DNA of 24,000 bases from Noviluteimonas gilva (GCF_009740395.1 NZ_WOXT01000001.1:344464-368463); one strand, 5' to 3'. Shown: positions 14,563-23,157, counted from the first letter of the stretch. Made by a program: numbers and translations. The notes: generated from the letters alone by a model not told the origin.

Positions 14563-16454
14563 CAGTCGACCGTCTCGAGTTCGCGCTGGCGTTCCTGCTG
14601 CTGCAGGTCCCACATCTGCGCGTAATGGCCCTGCATCGCGATGAGCGCGGCATGCGTGCCGCGTTCGATGATGCGACCCGCATCCATCACCAGGATCTCG
14701 TCGGCGCGCATCACCGTCGACAGGCGATGGGCGATGGTGAGCGTCGTGCGGCCCAGCGCGATGCGGTCGAGCTCGCCCTGGATCGCCTGCTCCGAGCGCG
14801 AGTCGAGCGCGGAGGTCGCTTCGTCGAAGATCAGGATCGCCGGGTTCTTCAACAGCGCGCGCGCGATGGCGACGCGTTGCTTCTCGCCACCGGACAACTT
14901 CAGGCCGCGCTCGCCGACTTCGGTTTCGTAACCGTCCGGCAGACCGGCGATGAGATCGTGGATGTGCGCGGCGCGCGCGGCGTGTTCGACTTCCTCGCGC
15001 GTGGCGCCGGGGCGTCCGTACTCGATGTTGTAGTAGATGGTGTCGTTGAACAGCACCGTGTCCTGCGGAACGATCGCGATCGTCGCGCGCACCGATTGCT
15101 GCGTGTAGTCGCGCACGTCGTGCGCGGTGCCGCCCGCGTCGGTGATCGTGATCCGCCCACCGTCGACGTCGTAGAAGCGATACAGCAGCCGCGCGAGCGT
15201 GGACTTGCCGGAACCCGAATGCCCGACGACCGCGACCGTCGCGCCGGGTCGAATGGTGAAATCGACATCGCGCAGGATCTGCCGCCGCGCGTCGTAGGCG
15301 AAGCGCACGCCTTCGAACCGCACTTCCGGCTGCGTGGCGTGCAGCGCCACCGAACCGGGGCGATCCTGCACGTCCTGGCGTTCGTCGAGCAGGCCGAACA
15401 GGCGTTCGAGGTTGGTCATCGCCTGCTTCACTTCGCGATACATCATGCCGAGCATGTTCAGCGGCGCGGAGAGCTGCAGCAGATAGGCATTGACGAGCAC
15501 CAGATCGCCGACCGTCATCTCGCCGGCGACGACACCTGCTGCCGCGCGCCACATCATCGCCGAGACACCCAGAGCGACGATCGCCGTTTGCCCGAGATTG
15601 AGCACAGCCAGCGTCTTGCGGCTCATGACCGACGCGTTCTCCAGGTGCTGGAGGTTTTCGTCGTAGCGGCGCGCTTCGTGTTCTTCGTTGCCGAAGTACT
15701 TGACGGTCTCGTAGTTGAGCAGCGAATCCACCGCGCGCTCGTTGGCCTTCGTGTCGGCTTCCACGGCGGCGCGGTAATAGCGCGTGCGCCACTCGGTGAT
15801 CGACACGGTGAACAACACGTACGCGACAAGGGTGATGCCCGTGATCGCGACGAAGCCCCAGTCGTAGGCCCACGCGAGCACCGCGGAGACCATGACGATT
15901 TCCAGCGCCGTCGGGATGATCGTGTAGATCGTCCAGTCCAGCAGGTCGGAGATCGCCGTGCCGCCGCGTTCGACGTCGCGCGCCACGCCGCCGGTCCGGC
16001 GCGCCAGATGGAAGCGCAGCGACAGCGCATGCAGATGGCGGAAGACCTGGAGCGTCACGCGGCGCGAGATGCGCGCCATCACGCGGGCGAAGACGACCTG
16101 CCGCAATTCGGTGAACAAGGTGACCGACACGCGCGAGGCGCCGTAGGCCAGCAACAGCGCGACCGGCAACACCAGCATCGTCGGCGCGACGTTGAGCGAG
16201 TCGACGATCTTTTTCAGCACCAGCGGCACGACGAGGTTCGCCAGCTTGGCCAGCACCACCAGCAACAACGCGAACGAGATGCGGCCGACGAAGGGCTTGA
16301 GGAACGGGACGAGCGAGCGCAGCACCTGCCAGTCGGCGCGCGCGCCCTTCGGCCGCGCGATGGGCGCGCTGCCGGCCACGGCGTCGGGCGCCGCGGCGAT
16401 CTCGTCGGAGGCCTGCGTGGGCTGCGCTTGAGCTTGCTCGTCGGGGGTCTGCAT
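14562..16454 (-). CDS. ABCB-type half transporter (fused 6-TM permease + ATPase), Atm1/HMT1/ABCB6-7-like exporter
   Basis: 630 aa. N-terminal TMD, then an NBD with Walker A GHSGSGKST, Q-loop, signature LSGGEKQRVAIARA, Walker B ILIFDEATSALD and H-loop TTLTIAHRLST. The conserved RFxYD...ILRDVDF entry to the NBD resembles the Atm1 family. Confidence 0.88.
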   Translation of the reverse strand: MQTPDEQAQAQPTQASDEIAAAPDAVAGSAPIARPKGARADWQVLRSLVPFLKPFVGRISFALLLVVLAKLANLVVPLVLKKIVDSLNVAPTMLVLPVALLLAYGASRVSVTLFTELRQVVFARVMARISRRVTLQVFRHLHALSLRFHLARRTGGVARDVERGGTAISDLLDWTIYTIIPTALEIVMVSAVLAWAYDWGFVAITGITLVAYVLFTVSITEWRTRYYRAAVEADTKANERAVDSLLNYETVKYFGNEEHEARRYDENLQHLENASVMSRKTLAVLNLGQTAIVALGVSAMMWRAAAGVVAGEMTVGDLVLVNAYLLQLSAPLNMLGMMYREVKQAMTNLERLFGLLDERQDVQDRPGSVALHATQPEVRFEGVRFAYDARRQILRDVDFTIRPGATVAVVGHSGSGKSTLARLLYRFYDVDGGRITITDAGGTAHDVRDYTQQSVRATIAIVPQDTVLFNDTIYYNIEYGRPGATREEVEHAARAAHIHDLIAGLPDGYETEVGERGLKLSGGEKQRVAIARALLKNPAILIFDEATSALDSRSEQAIQGELDRIALGRTTLTIAHRLSTVMRADEILVMDAGRIIERGTHAALIAMQGHYAQMWDLQQQERQRELETVD

Positions 16455-16512
16455 GGGGCTTCACATGGAGGCGCGATGGACAGGATGCAACGCCAGCGGC
16501 GATCCTGCGTCC

Positions 16513-16797
16513 ATGACTGTGTACGTGGACGACGCAGTGACCCTCTGGCGCGGCCGTCGCTGGGCGCACCTGATGGCCGACACCCTCGACGAGCTGCACG
16601 CGATGGCGGCCGCGATCGGCCTGCCGCGCCGTGCGTTCCAGGACAAGACCAGCGGCGCGCACTACGACGTGGACGCCGACATGCGCGAAGCCGCGCTGCG
16701 CCTGGGCGCCACCCCGATCTCCCGCCATGGCGACCGCGCGCTGGTCCGCCGGGTCATCGCGCGCGCCAAGGCGCAGGGCCGCCACGAGGCACCGTAG
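16513..16797 (+). CDS. DUF4031 family protein
   Basis: 94 aa from the internal start MTVYVDDAVTLWRGRRWAHLMADTLDELHAMAAAIGLPRRAFQDKTSGAHYDV..., matching my recollection of the DUF4031 pattern (VYVDD..., CHL.AD..EELH.fA..iG..r.wfq...HYDi). Confidence 0.72.
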   Translation: MTVYVDDAVTLWRGRRWAHLMADTLDELHAMAAAIGLPRRAFQDKTSGAHYDVDADMREAALRLGATPISRHGDRALVRRVIARAKAQGRHEAP

Positions 16798-16833
16798 AAT
16801 GCGCGCTCCACCGATCCACGCCCCGAGCACGCC

Positions 16834-17097
16834 ATGACCGACACGCCTCCCGACCGCCTCTCCAACGATCCGAGCAGCAAGTTCTACGACGAGCAGGCGC
16901 TCGAGCGCGGCATCGGCATCAAGTTCAACGGGACCGAGCGCACGAACGTCGAGGAATACTGCATCAGCGAAGGCTGGGTGCGCGTGCCCGTGGGCAAGTC
17001 GCTCGATCGTCGCGGCATGCCGATGACGATGAAGGTGAAGGGCACCGTCGAAGCATGGTTCCGCATGCCGGAAGATGAACAAGACAGCCAGGCGTGA
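16834..17097 (+). CDS. DUF3297 family protein
   Basis: 87 aa. ...FYDEQALERGIGIKFNGTERTNVEEYCISEGWVRVPVGKSLDRRGMPMTMKVKGTVEAWF matches the recalled DUF3297 pattern (RGvgvrFnG.er.nVeEY.vsEGWvrv..Gk..DRrG.P). Confidence 0.72.
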   Translation: MTDTPPDRLSNDPSSKFYDEQALERGIGIKFNGTERTNVEEYCISEGWVRVPVGKSLDRRGMPMTMKVKGTVEAWFRMPEDEQDSQA

Positions 17098-17240
17098 GTG
17101 ATCGCGCGCAGGTGACCGCGGGCAACCGGGTGACCGTGACGCAATTCCGGGTCGACCGTCGCGTCGATCCGTAAACTCCGCGCTCCAAGGGGACGCAAGT
17201 ACAGGGGAAGGCCGTCGCGCAACGCGACGGGGTCGTACGC

Positions 17241-18512
17241 ATGCTCAATGAAACGCAAGCCCGCGAGTACATGCACAAGCTGCTCGCGGCAATGGCCAAG
17301 GCCGGTGGCTCGGATCTGTTCATTTCGCACGATTTCCCGCCCAGCATGAAGGCGCACGGCGCGATGACGCCGCTGACGCAGCAGAAGCTGACGGGCGATG
17401 TCACCGCCGTGCTCGCCAACGCGCTGATGAACGAGAAGCAGCGGGCGGAGTTCGCGCAGGAGATGGAATGCAACTTCGCGATCGCCGTGCCCGGCGTGTC
17501 GCGCTTCCGCGTGAACGTGTTCGTGCAGCAGGGCCACGTCGGCCTGGTGTGCCGCACGATCGCCGCGGAAATCCCGAACTTCGAAAAGCTGCGCCTGCCC
17601 GAGGTCCTCAAGGACGTCGTGATGGAAAAGCGCGGGCTGGTGCTCGTCGTCGGCGGCACCGGTTCGGGCAAGTCGACGTCGCTCGCCGCGATGATCGACC
17701 ACCGCAACCGCACGCAGGCCGGCCACATCATCACGGTCGAGGATCCGGTCGAGTACGCGCACACCTCGCACAAGTCGCTGGTGACGCATCGCGAAGTCGG
17801 CGTCGACACGCACTCGTGGCACCACGCCCTGAAGAACACGCTGCGCCAGGCGCCCGACGTCATCCTCGTCGGCGAAATCCGCGACGCCGAAACGATGGAA
17901 CACGCCATCGCCTTCGCCGAAACCGGACACCTGTGCCTGTCCACGCTGCACGCCAACAGTGCGTCGCAGACGATGGAACGCATCATCAACTTCTTCCCGG
18001 AAGAACGCCGCACGCAGTTGCTGATGGACCTGTCGGCCAACCTGCGCGCGATCGTTTCCCAGCGCCTGGTGCGCACCGAAGACGGCAAGGGCCGCGTGGC
18101 GGCGATCGAAATCCTGCTCAACACGCCGACCATCGCCGAGAAGATCTTCAAGGGCGAGTTCAACGAGCTCAAGGGGATCATGAACAAGTCGCGCGAGCTC
18201 GGGATGCGCACGTTCGACTGGGCGCTGTTCGAGTTGTACAACGAAGGGCAGATCGCCTACGAAGAAGCGATCCGCAACGCCGATTCGGCGAACGAGCTGC
18301 GCCTGAACATCAAGTTGAAGAGCCGCCGCGGCGAGCCGTCGTCGATTGCGGGCTCGGCCTTCGAGCTCAAGCACGAACCGAGCGCGCACGAGACCGAGCT
18401 GATGCGCCGCGAAGAACTGCGCAAACAGCAGGACAAGCGCGACCAGATCGAACTCGAACGCCTGCAGGCCCTCAAGCGCCAGTCGCAGGAAACGCAGGCG
18501 GCGAACGGCTGA
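17241..18512 (+). CDS. pilU: PilT/PilU-family type IVa pilus retraction ATPase (PilU-like), orphan copy
   Basis: 423 aa. GGSDLFIS, Walker A GGTGSGKST, Asp box ITVEDPVEY, Walker B DVILVGEIRD, His box TGHLCLSTLHAN. Overall strongly PilU-like by eye against P. aeruginosa PilU. Extra charged C-terminal tail (residues about 365-423). Confidence 0.88.
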   Translation: MLNETQAREYMHKLLAAMAKAGGSDLFISHDFPPSMKAHGAMTPLTQQKLTGDVTAVLANALMNEKQRAEFAQEMECNFAIAVPGVSRFRVNVFVQQGHVGLVCRTIAAEIPNFEKLRLPEVLKDVVMEKRGLVLVVGGTGSGKSTSLAAMIDHRNRTQAGHIITVEDPVEYAHTSHKSLVTHREVGVDTHSWHHALKNTLRQAPDVILVGEIRDAETMEHAIAFAETGHLCLSTLHANSASQTMERIINFFPEERRTQLLMDLSANLRAIVSQRLVRTEDGKGRVAAIEILLNTPTIAEKIFKGEFNELKGIMNKSRELGMRTFDWALFELYNEGQIAYEEAIRNADSANELRLNIKLKSRRGEPSSIAGSAFELKHEPSAHETELMRREELRKQQDKRDQIELERLQALKRQSQETQAANG

Positions 18513-18566
18513 CCGGCGCGGTCTGCTGCGCTAGCATCGGGGCTCCCCACCGCGCAGAGCCCCCGC

Positions 18567-18941
18567 ATGCAATACCTGCTGCTCGTCTATGCCGACCCCG
18601 CCCTCATGGACGCCCTGCCCGCCGGGCAGTTCGACACGATGATGAAGGGCTGCCTGGAACACGCCGACGAACAACAGCGCGCGGGCAAGCTGGTGTCGTT
18701 CTCGCAACTCGAGGACGTCAAGACCGCGCGCTCCGTGCGCATCCGCGACGGCCAGACGCGGGTGAGCGACGGGCCTTTCGCCGAGACGAAGGAATTGCTG
18801 GGCGGCTTCAACCTGATCGAAGCCGACAGCATCGAAGACGCCGTGCGCATGGCCGCCGAACTGCCGTGGGCGACGACGGGCTGCATCGAAGTCCGCCCCG
18901 TGCGCGACATCGCCCTGGTGCGCAAGCAAGTCGGCGCCTGA
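18567..18941 (+). CDS. YciI-family (YCII/DGPF domain) protein
   Basis: 124 aa. MQYLLLVY..., DGPFAETKELLGGFNLIEADSIEDAVRMAAELP is the characteristic DGPF/YCII signature. Confidence 0.82.
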   Translation: MQYLLLVYADPALMDALPAGQFDTMMKGCLEHADEQQRAGKLVSFSQLEDVKTARSVRIRDGQTRVSDGPFAETKELLGGFNLIEADSIEDAVRMAAELPWATTGCIEVRPVRDIALVRKQVGA

Positions 18942-18951
18942 GGCAACGGCG

Positions 18952-19314
18952 ATGCCCAACAACCACAAGCTCCGGCGTTTCCGCAAAATCGCTGCGCGAA
19001 AGCAGCAACACCGCTGCCATTACTGCGATGCGCCGATGTGGACCAAGAATGCCTGGGCGTTCGCGGAGCAACACGGGCTGCGGCTGGAGGATTGCGTCCA
19101 CTTCCAGTGCACGGCCGAGCATGTGATCGCACGTCGCGATGGCGGCGCGGAGGTGCGGAATATCGTTGCGGCATGTCGGCATTGCAACTTGACGCGGCAC
19201 GAGACGGAAAACCCATTGCCTGCGGACGTCTATCGCGACCTGATCCGGAAAGACGTCACCGAGTTGCGATGGCTCACGACGGCGTTGCTGCGGAGCGCCA
19301 ACGCCGGCGCATGA
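18952..19314 (+). CDS. Small HNH endonuclease
   Basis: 120 aa with a CxxC...H-N-H architecture: HRCHYCDAPMW ... CTAEHVIARRDGGAEVRNIVAACRHCNLTRH. Starts 10 nt after the yciI stop (GAGG RBS at 18942-18945). The first 100 nt are about 57% GC versus about 65% for the first 100 nt of yciI (hand count). Confidence 0.82.
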   Translation: MPNNHKLRRFRKIAARKQQHRCHYCDAPMWTKNAWAFAEQHGLRLEDCVHFQCTAEHVIARRDGGAEVRNIVAACRHCNLTRHETENPLPADVYRDLIRKDVTELRWLTTALLRSANAGA

Positions 19315-19335
19315 AAAAGCCGCCCAAGGGCGGCT
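19314..19335. terminator. Shared hairpin terminator for convergent HNH and PemK-like genes
   Basis: AGCCGCCC (19318-19325) / AA / GGGCGGCT (19328-19335). On the minus strand it is followed by TTTTT. On the plus strand it begins immediately after the HNH stop codon. Confidence 0.7.
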
Positions 19336-19472
19336 GTGTCGACCGAAAGCCAGGCGGCATGGCGGCTGCCGTTCTGGCCTGCCTACGGGGGGCGCACCTG
19401 ACCGAAGGACTTCAGCCCGGCGAACCGGGGACGGCGGCAAATTACGCCTTGCACCGTCACCATGCAAGCGAT

Positions 19473-19865
19473 CTACCACGGATGTCCCAACGAAGAGAGA
19501 ACGCCTCCGCGAATGCGGCGAAGATCTTCGAGCGACACTCGCAATTTCCGATACTCCCGACGCCCGTTCCACCGCCTGTGATAGTTCGACAGGCGAGCGA
19601 ACGAAACGACGTTCACCATGTCGCACTTCGCCCAGACATCACTGGAACCGCCGTGCGGAAGCGGGTCCTGCGAAAGGCGTACATGCCACGGCCGGATCAC
19701 TTCGGGCGGCGTCGTGCTGACAGGAACGACCGTGGCGATTCGCGCACGCTGGCAAGCCTTCGGCGTGAGCACCACGGCGAGCCGACGCTTGATCATCTCC
19801 GGCGCCAAACCCTCGTACTCGCACCACAGGGCCTCGCCGAGATCCGGGTGATATTGAATGGGCAT
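19473..19865 (-). CDS. PemK/MazF-superfamily (YifN-like) protein, no adjacent antitoxin gene
   Basis: 130 aa. MPIQYHPDLGEALWCEYEGLAPEMIKRRLAVVLTPKACQRARIATVVPVSTTPPE...WAKCDMVNVVSFARL follows the pattern I recall for solo PemK-like/YifN proteins (MP..FHP..G.il.CDF.g...PEMvK.RPvvVis......l.tVVplSt..P). The usual CDF and RP positions are substituted (CEY, RL). Confidence 0.62.
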   Translation of the reverse strand: MPIQYHPDLGEALWCEYEGLAPEMIKRRLAVVLTPKACQRARIATVVPVSTTPPEVIRPWHVRLSQDPLPHGGSSDVWAKCDMVNVVSFARLSNYHRRWNGRREYRKLRVSLEDLRRIRGGVLSSLGHPW

Positions 19866-19973
19866 GCGCCGAACTTAGCGCGCCCGACATCCCACTCCAT
19901 GCGACCTCCATCGGGATTCGGTGAACCCGAGGCTTGATGGAGAAATCGCCAACAGCAGACTGTCGCAATTTCC

Positions 19974-20737
19974 TCAGGCTTTAATCTTGTAGCCCGTCTT
20001 GAAGATCCACGAAACCCCAATCAGACACGCAATCAGGAACGCAACGATCGCCCCCGCGCTCAACCACACGTTGACGTCGGCGATGTCGTAGAAACTCCAG
20101 CGCATCCCGCTCACCAGGTACACGACCGGGTTGAACAGCGTGAAGGTGCGCCACGGTTCGGGCAGCATGTCGATCGAATAGAACGCGCCGCCGAGGAACG
20201 TCAGCGGCGTCACGATCAGCAGCGGGATCACCTGCAGGCGCTGGAAGCTGTCGGCCCAGATGCCGATGATGAAACCGAACAGGCTGAAGGTCACCGCCGT
20301 CAACACGAGGAAGCACAACATCCAGAACGGATGCGCGATCTGGTAAGGCACGAAAATGCGCGCCGTCACCAGGATCAGCAGGCCGAGCATCAGCGACTTG
20401 GTCGCCGCCGCGCCGACGTAGCCGATCACCGCTTCGAAATACGACACGGGCGCCGACAGCAATTCGAAGATCGTCCCCGACCATTTCGGCAGGTAGATGC
20501 CGAACGAGGCGTTGGAAATGCTTTCGTTGAGCAGCGACAACATGATCAGGCCGGGGATGATGAAGGCCCCGTAGCTCACGCCGCCCAGGTCGCCCATGCG
20601 CGAGCCGATCGCTGCGCCGAACACGATGAAATACAGCGAGGTCGACAGCACCGGCGAGAGGATGCTTTCCAGCGCCGTGCGAAACGTGCGCGACATTTCG
20701 AAGCGGTAGATCGCCCTGATCGCATGCGTGTTCATGC

Positions 20738-20741
<4 letters not shown>
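19974..20741 (-). CDS. ABC-2 type exporter permease (YadH-like)
   Basis: 255 aa from [22 protein letters not shown]... with six hydrophobic helices. The start overlaps the ATPase stop (ATGA 20741..20738). The upstream part of track ORF 19974..21146 is out of frame with the ATPase gene and was discarded. Confidence 0.88.
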
Positions 20742-21703
<962 letters not shown>

Positions 21704-21992
21704 GCGCGGCGCCTCGGCTCGATGGCGGGGGAGGTGACCATCGTAGCCGTGCGCCGCGCGGCCTGCGTCGTTCATGCGTTCAACCAAGCTCGCCCATTTC
21801 GCGAACGGCGATCCGGGGTCGTGCGAACAGCGTGCCGAGGGCACGGGCCAGGGCGTTGAAGAAACTGCGCTTGCGACGTCGCATGGGCCTCACCGGGGGT
21901 CGTGGGGGAGGCTCAGGGTAGGTGGGATATGCGACGGCGATAAGACGCCGAATGACGGAATCAGTGTCCCGGATTCGGGGCAATGCGCTGGA

Positions 21993-23099
21993 TCAATCGA
22001 CCTGCGCGGCCACCACGCGGTTGCGCCCCTGCGCCTTGGCCGCATACAGCGCGCGATCGGCCGCGGCGATCAGGCGGTCGGGCGAACGGGCCGCGGTCGG
22101 CGTCACCGCGGCCACACCGATGCTCACGGTGACATACGGCGCGATCGCCGAGTTGTCGTGGCGCATCGCGGCCGCTTCGACATCGCGACGCAGCGCCTCC
22201 CCCAGCGCCACGGCCGCTTCGAGGGAGCGATCGGGCAGCAGCAACACCAGTTCCTCGCCGCCGAAACGCGCGACGAGGTCATCGGTGCCATCGGCGAATC
22301 GCGTGCACAGGCGCGCGAGTTCGCGCAGGCATTCATCGCCGTACAAATGCCCGTGCGCATCGTTCAAGGGTTTGAAGGAATCGGCGTCGACGAGCACGAG
22401 CGCGAGTTCGCGATGCTCCACCGACTGCCATTCCCACTCGGCCGCGAGGCGTTGGTCGAAGCAGCGGCGGTTCGCGATGCCGGTCAGGCCGTCGATCATC
22501 GACAGCGTTTCCAGCTTGCGATTGGCGGCTTCCAGCTCGGCGACCACGCGCGCGAGATGGATCGCGCCCGCGACCTGGTCGGCGATCGCGTCGAACACTT
22601 CGCGCGCCTCGGGATAGAAGAAATCCGGTTGCGTGCTTTCGATGTTGAGCACGCCATGCAGGCGCGCGCGATGGCGGATCGGCACGAGGTATTCCGAACG
22701 CACCTTCGTGTTGCCGGGCACGTAATCCGGATCGGATTCGACGTCGGTGATCAGTTGCGCTTCGCCCGTGCGCGCGCAGCGGCCCGCGGCGCCCACGCTC
22801 ACCGGCCAGCCATGCGCGAGCTCGGCCGGATACAGGTCGAGGTCGCCGGCCCAGACTTCCTGCACGAAATGCGTGCCGTCGTCGTCGAGCAGGATGATGC
22901 TGGCGATGGCGACCGGCAGGTTGCGCACCAGGCAATCCACGATGCGCCGCAACACGGCTTCGAGATCCTCGCCCTGCAGCGCTTCGCGCGAGACTTCGGC
23001 GAGCAGGCCCGCCAGCCGCGCATGCCAAACGGGCGCGACGGGAACCTCCCGTGCGCCCGCAGGCTGCTCATCCAATTCGACGATCTCTGGCCCGTGCAT
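21993..23099 (-). CDS. GAF domain - GGDEF domain diguanylate cyclase
   Basis: 368 aa. N-terminal GAF-like region (...IASIILLDDDGTHFVQEVWAG...EYLVPIRHRARLHGVLNIES), a coiled linker, then GGDEF: DGLTGIANRR, VLVDADSFKPLNDAHGH..GD, RFGGEELVLL, SIGVA, ALYAAKAQGRN. Confidence 0.9.
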   Translation of the reverse strand: MHGPEIVELDEQPAGAREVPVAPVWHARLAGLLAEVSREALQGEDLEAVLRRIVDCLVRNLPVAIASIILLDDDGTHFVQEVWAGDLDLYPAELAHGWPVSVGAAGRCARTGEAQLITDVESDPDYVPGNTKVRSEYLVPIRHRARLHGVLNIESTQPDFFYPEAREVFDAIADQVAGAIHLARVVAELEAANRKLETLSMIDGLTGIANRRCFDQRLAAEWEWQSVEHRELALVLVDADSFKPLNDAHGHLYGDECLRELARLCTRFADGTDDLVARFGGEELVLLLPDRSLEAAVALGEALRRDVEAAAMRHDNSAIAPYVTVSIGVAAVTPTAARSPDRLIAAADRALYAAKAQGRNRVVAAQVD

Positions 23100-23157
23100 G
23101 TCGCCCCCGAGGCGCCCCGGGGGCCGAGTCTAGCGCGGCGCCGGGGACCGCGTCGGG

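Noticed and set aside
13750-17082. 1110-aa uninterrupted minus-strand ORF, the longest in the track
   Set aside because: Only its last 271 codons (the NRDE protein, from MCLIAV at 14562) look like protein. Upstream it runs out of frame through the ABC transporter gene and antisense to DUF4031/DUF3297. Its translation there is Arg/Ala/Gly/His-rich low-complexity sequence typical of off-frame reading in high-GC DNA.
16884-18389. 501-aa and 425-aa minus-strand ORFs opposite the PilU-like gene
   Set aside because: They are antisense shadows of a gene with unambiguous Walker and PilT boxes. They have no domains of their own.
19038-19937. 299-aa plus-strand ORF crossing the HNH / PemK-like islet
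   Set aside because: It overlaps the HNH gene out of frame, reads through the terminator hairpin and runs antisense to the PemK-like gene. The composition is implausible.
18938-19977. 8-bp inverted repeat (GCCTGAGG / CCTCAGGC) at the two edges of the low-GC islet as possible mobile-element ends
   Set aside because: It is too short to distinguish from chance in 24 kb. There is no transposase or integrase and no flanking direct repeats.
21704-21844. Using the first ATG (21844) of the ATPase track ORF as the start
   Set aside because: It would add 47 aa of non-conserved sequence upstream of the Walker A region and overlap the micro-ORF frame. A short N-terminus fits YadG-type ATPases. 21775 is kept only as a flagged alternative.
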